From the NCBI GenBank assembly GCA_964016885.1, contig OZ024754.1:23312001-23376000 (forward strand): a stretch of DNA of 64,000 nt, written 5' to 3'. Shown here one piece after another: positions 25,310 to 37,400 of the stretch (the stretch's first letter is position 1; each line of letters starts with the position of its first letter). The DNA comes from Eledone cirrhosa (taxonomy: Eukaryota). The notes under the pieces were generated by a model, which was not told where the DNA came from, searched no databases, and worked only from the letters and a program-made list of their open reading frames with translations. The translations under genes and the position numbers were made by a program.

Positions 25310-28300
25310 GGCAGGGGCCCCAGGTTATCACAGCCTGGGCCTGCTCGTCATCGTGCCACTGTAATAGAGCCAAACAAGTCTTGGCTGCTGGAACGTACGG
25401 ACGCTGCTTGACAGGGGTTCCTTGGAACGACCTGAACGAAGGACCGCTCTTGTTGCAAAGGAGCTTCGACGTTACGATCTTGACATCGTAGCTTTATCTG
25501 AGACGGGGTTAGCTGGAGATGGTCATCTTACAGAATTTTGTGGAGAATATACATTCTTCTGGAAAGGAAGAGATGAAGGAACCAGAAGAGAGGCTGGGGG
25601 TAGCATTTGCTGTTAAGAATGTTCTTGTGAATAAATTAGAAGAATTCCCAGTAGGGATTAGTAAGCATCTTATGTCCATGAGAATTCCCCTGGACAAAGG
25701 AAGATATGCGATCCTGGTGAGTGCTGGACGGACCACCGCCTGGTACGCGCAAAAGTGAAACTAATCACTAAACGTAAAATCCGGGCTCCTGGTGTTGCCC
25801 TGCCCAATAGATTGAATGCTGCTCGTCTTCGGAATAAAAATGTGAAGAGGATATTGCAAGAAAAGATGCAGGTTGGAGATCTTGGTGAGGATTGGCCGAC
25901 CCTTAAAGAGTCGGTTTATGATGTAGGCAGGTGTGTTCTGGGATTGGTGCAGAGAAAACATCAAGACTGGTTTAATGAGAATGATGAACATAGAGAAGAC
26001 TTGTTGGCTGATAAGAGGCTTGCTCTGTCACGCTACTTGACGGCAAAACCACAGGAGAAGAATATGTTGCATAAGGAACTCAAGGATGTGAAATCACGTG
26101 TTAGGCGGAGTCTTTCTCAGATGAAGGATCAGTGGTGGAGTGAGAAGGCTCATGAGATACAAACTGCGTCAGATTCCAATAACACAAAGCTTTTGTACAG
26201 TCCCTTGCGTGAAGTTTATGGACCGTCTTCTTCTCTGGTGACACCGCTTCGCAGCAAAGGATGGCAAAGAACTTCTTCGTGACTCACAAGGAATTCTACG
26301 AAGGTGGCGAGAGCACTTTCATGAGCTTTTGAATCAGCCGCCTGTCGTCAATGAAGATTTCCTCAGTTTCATTCCAGAAAGTCCTGTGAAAGTAGCTCTC
26401 GCAGATCCTTCGACGCTTATGGAGGTTGCAGTGGCTATCTCGAAGCTCAACAGTGGAAGGTCTCCAGGTATGGATGACATACATGCAGAACTCCTACAAT
26501 ATGGTGAGAGACTCTTTCAACATCTTCACTCTTTGTTTGGCAGGATATGGGCTAATGAATCCGTACCTGAGGTCTGGAGAGATGCAGTAATGGTGGTCTT
26601 GTACAAGGGAAAAGGTAACAGGAATGATTGTGGGAACTACAGAGGTATATCATTGCTTTCTGTCGTAGGGAATGTTTTATGTAGGGTGCTTCTGGACCGC
26701 CTGCTGACACACATTGCAGATTGTGTTCTTCCTGAAAGTCAATCTGGTTTTCGTGCTGGACGTGGCACTACTGATATGATCTTCTCAGCTAGACAGCTCC
26801 AGGAGAAGTGAATGGAACAAGGTTTGGATCTGTATCAGGTTTTTGTCGATCTGACAAAAGCTTTCGATACTGTTATCAGAAATGCATTATGGAAGGATCT
26901 CCAGAAACTTGGTTGCCCTGATAAGTTCCTTGCTTTAGTTAGGTCTTTCCATGACGACATGAAGGCTTGGGTTAATGTCGGAGGTAACATGTCGGAGCCT
27001 ATCTCAGTAAAAAATGGAGTGAAACAGGGGTATATTCCAGCACCGACCCTGTTTGCCATATACTTTGCAATGGTTTTCTATATTGCATTCAGGAATTGCG
27101 AGCATGATGTTTACATCTGATATCGAACCCCAGGCAACATATTTAACATCAGGCGCTTTGCTGCAAAGACAAAAGTATTTCCATCAATCATAAGAGACCT
27201 CTTGTATGCAGATATGCAGATAATTGCGATCTTGTAGCGCACACAGAGAGTGATATGCAGCACATTTTGAATGCATTTTCTGATGCTTGCACTGCCCTAG
27301 GATTGACTGTCAGTCTCAAGAAAACCGTCGTCATGTACCAACTTGTCCCTGGTAAGCAGTACAGTGAACCAAATATCTATGTGTATGGTAAACGACTTGG
27401 AGTGGTTGATCAGTTTGTCTACCTGGGAAGCACTGTCAATCGATGCAGCAACCTTGATAATGAAATCCCACTCAGGATTAGGAAAGTAAGTGATGCTTTC
27501 GGAAAGCTAGAAGGGCGACTCTGGGGTCGGCGAGACATAGGCAAGAAGACAAAGGTAAAGGTGTACAAGGCCTGTGTGCTCTCTTCTTTATGCCTGCGAG
27601 ACCTGGGTCACATATCGACACCACCTTAAACAATTGGAGCGTTTCCATCAGATTCATCTTAGACGGATCCTTGGCGTTCACTGGAGGAACCACATCAGTG
27701 ATGTTGAGATTTTGGAAAGCTCTCTGTGTGACAGTATAGAAGTTCTTGTGCTTAAACAACGACTCCTTTGGAGTGGTCACCTTGCCAAGATGAAGGATTC
27801 TAGAATACCAAAACAACTCTTTTGTGGAGAGTTAGTTAAAGGAAAACGACCGCCACATAAACCAAAAAAAAGAGGTATAAGGATTCCTTGAAAGCCTCTT
27901 TGAAAGACGCTGACATCTCTGCTGATACATGGGAAAATGCTGTTGCTGATCGTAATAAATGGAGAAAGACTGTATATGAGGGAAAGATTGCCTTTGAGGC
28001 ATCTCGAATCGCATACGAGAAAGTAAAGTGGGATGTGAGGAAGGGCATTACTGTTGCATTTCCAGACGGCGAGGGTCCTCCTATGGTGCTGACATGCAGC
28101 GTCTGTACGAGACTCTGCCTAAGCAAAGCTGGACTTGAAAGTCATCTTCGCAGTCATAAAGTAAGACCAGTGATTGACTACCAGGCTGCTGTTGGAGATG
28201 CTACTCATCATGCTTGCCAAGCATGTGGTAGAGAATGTAAATCAGCAGGAGGGCTCAAGCGACATGCAAAAGTACACGAACTCCAACCACAGCCGACTAT

Positions 28301-28425
28301 TCCCAGTGAATGTTTTGGTTGCCAACTCTGTGCAAGACATTTTAGATCATTGGCTGGGCTAAAAAGCCACATTCGATCGCAGCGTTGTTAATTGCTATCG
28401 TGTGTAGGGATATGCTTATGTGTAT
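25310..28425 (+). mobile_element. RTE-clade LINE (APE-RT) with internal deletion, frameshifts and three C-terminal C2H2 fingers
   Basis: LGCWNVRTL, RPERRTALVAKEL..ALSET (APE); NYRGISLLS, FVDLTKAFD, GVKQG (RT); ORF 27888-28391 has three CxxCx12H units. Confidence 0.88.
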
Positions 28426-28889
28426 GCGCGAGTGTATATATATACATATGTATATTATTGTTGTTGTTGTTGTTATTATTATTGTTGTTATTATTATTAT
28501 TATTGTTATGTTTTTTTTTCCCGTGCAGTGGCCATACTCGATAACGAGGGGGCAGCCATCATGTGTGTTTACACGTATGTATGGTGTATATGTGTACGTA
28601 GGGGTTTGGTAAATGTACGTTTGGTGAATATATGTGTATTTACCTGTACATATGTGTGAGTGTGCGTTCTATACGCATTTATGCGTGTATATTTATATAT
28701 GCATACACACACGCACATATATTTATATGTGTATTTGGTGTATAAGTTCGTACGTATGCGGGTATATGTGTCGCGCCGGTTTACCTCCGTGTGCGCGTGT
28801 TTATGTGTACGTGCATGTATATGCATGCATGGTCTGTGTTTTCGCGTATGCACATGTATAAATGTGTGTATGTATATATTTAATTATTA

Positions 28890-29518
28890 CTAGGTACCCG
28901 GCGTTGCTCGGGAATTAAATAGCAGTTATGTATACGATTTATGACAATACTTCAGTGCTGCTTCGAAAACTATACTTTTACAAAATCATCGGCTTTTTCC
29001 AAAGGGGCTTCCTGCCCCTAGGTGTCCCCTACTAAATATGTGTCAATTCTGAGAGTTCACATTTATCTGTAGAACAAACGTAGCCCATGTGTCAATTTTT
29101 GTGAAAATCGGTTGCGAACACCAGAAGTTATGGCGTTTTGTTGCATTGCACTGCAGTGCTTCAGTCGACTCCAAGGAAGTGGTTAAAGGGTTTTATCTGC
29201 CGGGAGGCCCTATAATCAATATCTGAAAAAATGAAAGTGCCCATGTCCATCCGGAGTACATAAGTAACCTATGTATTAGGTTTGGTGAAAATACTGTAGA
29301 AATGCATAAGGTTTATACACACGCTCTCTGTCTTTATATATATATGCGTTTGTGTGTGTGTGTGTGTGAACCAGCGTTCGTCGCCATTCTCTCTCTCTCT
29401 CTCCCTCTCTCTCTATCTGATTATCTTGTACCTCTCTCTGTATAACGACCTATCTCACTCTCTCTCTTTACATCTCCCTTTCTCTCTTTAGATGTATATG
29501 TGTGTGTGTGTGCGTGTG

Positions 29519-29552
<34 letters not shown>

Positions 29553-29835
29553 TTGCAACGTGTATGTAGTTTCATAGATTGTTGATGGTAGTAGACAGAG
29601 TGAATAAGCGTGTTAGAGAGAGGGTTACAGCATGTATTTAGCATATATTTAGTTTTATCGATTTTTGTTTCATAGATGCAGGACATTTTTGGCAAAGTTT
29701 ATTACGCGTTGACCAGCCTTGGTAAATTTGGAGCACATTGGAAACAAAATCAGCAAAATTGGTAGAGGAATGTGGAAATGCATAAAAATCATACACACAC
29801 ACAGACAGACATCTACCGTTTTATATATATAGAGA
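28890..29835 (-). mobile_element. Non-autonomous (composite) Helitron
   Basis: Minus-strand 5' TCTCTATATATATAAAACGGTAGATGTC; 3' hairpin CCCGAGCAACGCCGGG followed by CTAG|T at 28890. 29560-29830 is homologous to 33680-33930. Confidence 0.75.
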
Positions 29836-32800
29836 CTAGTAGTTTAGCCCGGCGTTGCTCGGGTTTGTTCATTTGCTATGAAAAGTTACAAACAGGTAAA
29901 CGTAACTTGAAAGCGCATAAGCTTATCAATTAAGTGCATAAAGCAGTTGAACCGGTTATTAATAGTTACGAACCAATTAGCATTTTGGACAATCAATGAT
30001 AGGTTAATAATCTTCCAATAGCGAATTTAGTAGACCAAAGTTGCAAGATGGTGGCCCTGATGCCGTTGGGTGTCAGATCTGTCCGCTATGGGTGACCCCA
30101 CCAGTTTTCCAGACGGTATAGCTCCAACACCTCCAACATCTGCACCAACATCTATAGCACCTCTTTGTAGACGATATTGCGTGTCATCCCTTGAGAAGTG
30201 TAAGCAAAAAGTCCATTCCTGCTCCCTACGCGGGAACAGGCAACATAAAGTTGGCCATGGGAGAAGCATGGCTCCCCTAAATGGATGTCTGCCACCGACA
30301 ATGTTTGCCATTGTGACTTGTTAATGGACATGGCAAAACATGGTCTCGCCGGAAATTGGGATCGCCGGAATACGAACGGGATATTTGACGCCGAGGGGAA
30401 AAGGTTCATCCTTGGAATGAAAACATTCTCCCCTCTCCCGCACCCCGTTACAATGGTGGCCTTAATCAAGTGGGGCGTCAGTAACTTGACGACCATGCGA
30501 GTACCGTTGCACTGCTTTGGTGGACGCACGTTCCTTATTAGCATAATGGGACAGCCAACCCTAAGCTTAAGAATGTGAGGTGGGAGCCCTGGGGGCTCAA
30601 GGGAATTTAATAACTCAACCGGATAATTAACGATATCGTCGGGGTCTGACGTCCGGTCGATAGATTTGAAGATGTGTTCTTTACCGGGAATTTTCTCAAT
30701 AAGCTACTCGTTAATAAAATTAACCATGGTATTTTTCGGAGCAAGGATGGCTCTTTCGCTGAGCCAATCGAGGTTTTTAAAGTTAGATGAGACATAGGAG
30801 CCGCAGAATCCCTACTGTCATTTAGGGTCCTGTCCAATGCCTCAAGGGCACCCTTGTGTGCCATTGTGCACTCATCCCAAACAATGAGGCAACATATTTT
30901 GAGAACCAGAGCTTCGTGTGAACTCTTGCTGATATTGTATGTTGGTGTCTCAGTTTTTACTAAATCCAAGGGGAGTTTAAAGGTTGAATGTGCTGTCCTG
31001 CCTCCCGGCAGCAAAGTAGCAGCGATCCTGGACGATGCAACAGCCAACGCAATTTTTTTCTCCTGAAGAATCTTAGCGAGAATCAATTTCGTTACATAAG
31101 CTTTTCCGGTACCCCCAGTAGCATCGAGAAAGTAAATACCCCCAGTCTGATTTTGAACCGACAGAAGTTTGGGCTCATTTTCCTCTAAGTTTTGGGAAAG
31201 AGATTCGATGTCATATGCTGTTTCCCGCAATAAATCCGGGGCCAACGTGTTAGCTTCCTCTCTGACGGTTGACGGCAAGCCATACTCGCCAACTCACTCC
31301 CACCCATGTCGAGGAGGGCGTCCTCGATATCAATGAGTGCCCTGTTGTAGATAATGTCGCTGTAACCAACTTCCACTGAAGTATACTGCAGATGAGCCAG
31401 GCGCAGGAAGTCCTTAGACATAAAGTCTCTGTACTTGACTCATAAAGATTTGGGATCACCCAATTCCCACTTTTGAAGCAAAATAGCAAAGAGTTCCCGT
31501 AGACCTTTAGGTGATTTCAACAAAGCACCCTCTGCTAAAGTGGAATCCCATTGCGAATCATCTTCCAAAAAACCACGCTTAAAGCAGGCTTCCCGGTACG
31601 TATCACATATTTCTCCATCAACAGTTTTGATGTCCTGAAAACTTTGTGGGCCTACAACTTCATGCAGAAGAAGGCCTACAACTTCATGCTGACTTGGGGG
31701 CACAGTGTAAACCCTTCCAAGACAGCTGTCAAATTTTACACCAGGATGTCTTTCAGCAGCCTGACCTGACTTTCTTCGCACCCAAGTGTTTTTCGACCAT
31801 ATAAAGTAGGATGGAACCTGGGAGTACACAATTGTTTGCGCAAATGTATCGAACTGGCAAAGTTTGAAGAAACCCGCCAGAGTGGTCTCTTTCGGATCGG
31901 CGGCCAACTTGGTGGCGGTTTGGTCCGTAAAGTAAACCCTTTGCCCATTTTCCAAATGTACCGCAAGCTGTACGATGGCGGGGTGACGTTGGTGTAGGGG
32001 TAAACCGAATAGGCGCCAAAAAGCTTCATTGCTACTGATGTACCGCCCCGCCAGGTATTCTGTGACCTCGTCCCTGCTATTTTCAGCTTGAAATGCGAAT
32101 ATTGCGGCATCAGAGCCCTTATTTACATATTTGCATATGTATTTTATCGACTTGACGGAGTTGCAAAACTCAACGTTGATGTGGGCGTTGAACATCTTCA
32201 AGAGAAGCGGGCAGTAAGGGACCACCCATCTATTGTCGACTTGACCTCCCCTTACTGTTGTGGTGAAGCCACCGTTCTGGGGCCGTCTCCGCCTGTACAG
32301 GGGGTACCCGTCGCCACCAGTCTGAGTCTGGTCAACACATTTTTGGGGCTATCTCTTTCAGACACGTGTGATGCTCATTAGGACCCGATGCACACGGACC
32401 ATGAATGATGTTACCTTTGACGATGTCATGTAATTCCTGGTCAGTTGCTGGGTTAGGGATTTCAGCCGAAATGAAGCTGTCTATGGCATTTGAATTGATT
32501 TTATCAGCTAACCAAATCAAAATGTGAGCATGTGGCAGCCCTCGTTTTTGCCATTCGACGGTGAACATGTCACATTTTACAGCTCCAAATACCTTTTTGA
32601 TTAAAGCCATGAGTTTAGCCAGTTTCAGTCTGAACACTCTAGCAATGAGGTCATGTCTGTTCGAATAATTTTGCCCAGGACAAAGTTCACGGGTTACATT
32701 CCGATTCAAATGTCTATAGCATTAATCTGTTATATGTAGCGTTATTTTGCGGGTTGTTATTTGCAATAAGCCGATTTAAAATGCTCCAGATAAGCCGTAT

Positions 32801-33922
32801 GTCAATGCGGAAGGCTCCACTGCAGTGTTGTCATATAGGGAGTGAAGAGCGACAGAGAGAGTAAAGCAGTTAAATTATAGAGAGGGGGAATATACGGAAC
32901 GCTCCATTTGATCATATACATTGTTTCTCTCTCTGCAGTGTTGTCATATAGGGAGTGAAGAGCGACAGAGAGAGTAAAGCATTTAAAGTATAGAGAGGGG
33001 GAATATACGAACGCTCCATTTGATCATATACATTGTTTCACTCTCTGCAGTGTTGTCATATAGGGAGTGAAGAGCGACAGAGAGTTTGTTGTTTTATATA
33101 TTCATCTGTTGCTTTTGAATATTTGTTATCTTATATAAAATGTAACGTTGAGAGAGCAGTATGTCTTTAGTGTTATCGGCTTTTTAAATTTTGATATTTG
33201 ATGTATGAGTGTCGTTATGACTGTTTGTTGTATAAAATTATGTGTTGCTTAGTTATCAAAGTTTTTTTCGCGTTCCCGAACGAATAGGGGGATTAATCTA
33301 TTATATACAGAGAGTAAAGCGACGGATAGAGTGAAGCTAGTGTTAAACCTCGAACCATGAAGAGAGTAAAGCAGTTAAATTATAGAGAGGGGGAATAATC
33401 TATTGTAGAGAGAGGGAAGAGCGACGGAGAGAGTAAAGCTATGGTTGTTGTCTTGCTTAGGTTTCAAAGTTTGTGTCGCGTTCCTTCAAAATAATTTTGT
33501 CGTTGTTCTAAATTGTAATGTTGATAGAGTAGTAGACGGAGACAGTAACCTTTTAAAGAGAGTTGCAGAAGAGATTGAGGGGGGAGTAGAGAGAGTGATG
33601 AACCTTTTAAAGAGAGTTGCAGAGGAGATTGAGAGTGGAGTAGAGGAAATGATGAACCTTTTAAAGAGAGTTTCAACATGTATGTAGTTTCATAAATTTT
33701 TGATGGTAGTAGTGAGAGGAATGAAGTGTGTAAGAGAGAGGGTTACAGCATGTATTTAGTTTTATCGATATTTTTTCATAGACGCAGGAAATTCTTGGCA
33801 AAAATAATTACGCGTTCACTGCCCTGGTAAATTTGGAGCACATTGGAAAAAAAATCATCAAAGTCGGTAGAGAAATGTGGAAATGCATAAAAATCATACA
33901 CACACACAGACAGACATCTACC

Positions 33923-33966
<44 letters not shown>
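29836..33966 (-). mobile_element. Decayed autonomous Helitron (RepHel: HUH Rep + PIF1-like helicase)
   Basis: VEWQKRGLPHAHILIW, YICKYVNKG, GGTGK, WDECTM, FAMSINKSQ, HGQLYVACSRV in frameshifted ORFs 30152-32709; 3' hairpin + CTAG at 29836; 5' TC(TA)n end. Confidence 0.9.
32817..33085. repeat. ~114-bp tandem repeat (2-3 copies) inside the Helitron; a ~54-bp x3 repeat lies at ~33547-33675
   Basis: CTGCAGTGTTGTCATATAGGGAGTGAAGAGCGACAGAGAG occurs three times. Confidence 0.8.
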
Positions 33967-33988
<22 letters not shown>

Positions 33989-34038
33989 TATTTATATAGT
34001 TACGTATGTATAATTGTGTCTGTATATACATACGTAAC

Positions 34039-34100
<62 letters not shown>

Positions 34101-34150
34101 GTTACGTATGTATAATTGTGTCTGTAGTCATATATATAAATATGTATATC

Positions 34151-34200
<50 letters not shown>

Positions 34201-34440
34201 TATATATGTATATTTTTTATAATTTATTTTGTTTTGACCTGTTTAGCTTGTTTTGGTTTTTGGCTTGGGTGGTTAATGGTTTCTTGACCACCTTTTCAGT
34301 TTTGTGTGACTTTTTAGGAAATTAGTATCAGGAAATTAGTATATATATTATCAAGAATGACCATAAATGCAGGTGAGTGTTATGACATGTGTTTTACTTC
34401 ACAGAAGTTAAATAAATTGTTATAAATAATTGTTACCACA

Positions 34441-37400
34441 TGTTGATGTTCAGGTGGTCACAACTCCCAGACTGGAGTGTGTGGAGGAGAAAAGAAAATC
34501 TTCTCTTGGTAAGGTTCAAGTGTTTATTTAGGCTGCCGGTGTTCTTCTTCTTGGGTGCGAAGGAAAAGAAACAGGAGTCATCTCTTGACAAAGTCTCAGG
34601 TGTTCTTGTCCCTTCGACGTTCAGGAGTAGAGTGTGGCTTATGCCTTGATTGTCCTCGACTATATAGTCCCCAGGGAGACGCAACTCCGTTTAGTACATG
34701 AATCTGCGCTGGGAGTCGCGCCCGTCGCAAAGGGACGTAACTCCTATACGTGCTGAGTTACGACCGTCGTTAAGGGACGCAACTCCTGTACGTGCTGAGT
34801 CACAGCCGTAAAGGGCCGCTACAGTACTCTCCTCCAGACGCTAGGCGAACAGCCTGAAGGTAACTGTAGCGAACCCACAAGCATGGGCTCCCAGCACAGG
34901 CATGAAATATTAACGCAAGGGGTACATGTATGAAATCAGGCATGAAAAGGTAAAGAAAAGGTACATAATAAAAACAATAAAGAGAAAAACAAAAAAGGCT
35001 CCAGTGAAAACAGTTTGGCAGAGTTTGTTTCCAAAAAGGTTCCAGTGGCCAGTTCATATGATAAAAGTTTGGAAGAGTTCCTTGGGCCAGTGGACTCTTC
35101 GACCGGAACGGGTCGTGGTCTTGTATCTTGGTGATGGGGGGTGGGGTGGGGTGAGAAACAGGTGTGTGTGCAAAAGAGAAAGATGGGGGTGTATGTGGCT
35201 CGGGTGTGTGAGCATCTGTGTGGGCCCATTTAAGTCTATCAACCGCAATGGTCTCTCTGGATCCCTTAATGTCTACAGTGAAATGTTTATCAGAATGTGC
35301 TAACACACGGGTCCAGAGTACGGTTGTGTGAGAGGTGGTCCCACGGCATCGTTTCTTACGAACACATGTGTCCACGAGGCAATATCCCTCGGGACTGCAG
35401 CTTGAATAGTTTGTTTCCTAGTATTCATGGGCGGTAAGTCCTGAAAACAGGATCGCAAACGAGATACGTAGGAAACAGGTTCCTGGAAAGCAAGATCAAT
35501 AGGGGCAAGCATTTGCCCAGGCAACGCTAGAGGAGCACTATACAGTAATTCGGCCGGGGAGAACCAAAGGTCCTCCTTTATTGATGACCAAATTCCTAAC
35601 AACACAATAGGAAGATACTCGCTCCAACGTTGAGAGTCTGGATAGGCGCGAAGAGCGGTCTTTAATTGGCGGTGGAATCGTTCCACCATTCCGTTTGAAG
35701 CAGGATGATAGGCTGTGGTCCGAATCCGTTGAGCGCCAATGATATTTGTGAGCTCAGAGAAAAGATGGGACTCAAATAGTCTACCACGGTCTGTGGTGAC
35801 TGTAGTTGGTACCCCAAAGCGGGTAATCCACCCTGATACCAGGGCACGCGCTACAGTCTCGGCAGTTATATCTTGTAAGGGGATGGCTTCAGGCCATCGC
35901 GAAAAACGATCGATACAGGTAAAGAGGTATACAGAATGGCCAAGGTCCAACGATGTCAATGTGGATGTGTTGAAACCGAGCATCTGGAGTACTAAAAGTA
36001 CCAAGTGGAGTCCGGATGTGTCTGCGGACTTTAGATTTTTGACACTGTTTGCAGGAACGGAACCAGGCAGTAATTTCTCACCTCATATTGGGCCAGAAAA
36101 ATCTAGCCGTTGTAAGCTTTACTGTGGCAGAAATTCCTGGGGGAGAAATGCTGTGCAAAGCAAGGAACACAATTCGACCGTGAGTCTCAGGAACAAATGG
36201 TCGTGGTGAATCCGTAGATACATCACATAGAATCTGCCTGTCGGTGGTCGACAAGGGCAGATATTTGAAGATGCAAGTTGCAAATTCGGAAGAAAGAGTA
36301 TCCAACGATTGGAGTGCAGGTTGGTCTGCAGCTAAACGACCTAAGTCGATCTCCTGGGATGACGAGATGGAACTGATTGGCAAACGTGACAATGCGTCTG
36401 CAGCTATGTTATGCTGTATATAATTTGTAAATTGCGAAAAGTAGTCCAGGTGCCTTGTCTCTGTGGGCGAATATCTGTCGGCTTTAGCCCTCAAAGCGAA
36501 GGTCAACGGTTTGTGGTCGGTTAAAACAGTAACATTTCTCCCCTCAAGAATATATGAGAGAAATGTTTCACCGACAGATATATGGCTAATAATTCCTGCC
36601 CAAACGTGCTGTAACGCGTTTCTGCTGGTTTCAGCTTCCTTGAGAAAAATGCCAAAGGTTGTTGGTTTCTAGCGTTGAACTGCTGTAAAACTGCTCCCAC
36701 AGCGGTATCAGGTGCATCGACACAAAGCGAAAGCTTGGCCTCTGGTATCGGGTGGGCTAGCAAAGATGAACTAGCGAGTGCTGTCTTGGCAGTCTGGAAG
36801 TCTTGAAGCTGTCCTTGTGTCAAGGAAATATTCTCATTCTTCTTACGAAGATTTTTCAAAATGTCAGTAAGGGAAGATAGCAAATTAGCACAATGAGGAA
36901 CGAAACGCCTATAGAAACTGATAAGGCCTAAGAAGTGACGCAACTGGTGAAGTGTAGTAGGCGGAGGTAAATCCTGTATGGCTTGAACTCGCTGAGGGAG
37001 CGGCCTAATACCTTCGGCGTCGATGAGGTGGCCTAAAAAATTTAGCGAAGTGGAACCGTAAACACACTTTGCAGGATTCACACGAACGCAGTAATCCTGA
37101 AGTCGCCGAAATAAGAGATGCATGTGGCGCATATGCTCTTCCCGAGAGGAACTAGCGACGAGAATATCGTCTATGTAAGCATAAACAAAGTCCATACAAC
37201 GAGTGACTTCGTCTATGAACCGCTGAAAAGTGCTAGTGGCGTTCCTGAGTCCAAAAGGCATGGTCAAAAATTCGAAGGATCCGAAAGGAGTTGTAATTGC
37301 GGTTTTCGGAATATCCTCCTTCCTGACCGGAATTTGGTGGAAAGCTCGCACTAAATCTAGTTTTGAGAAAATCTTACACCCCTGCAATGAAGATGCGAAT

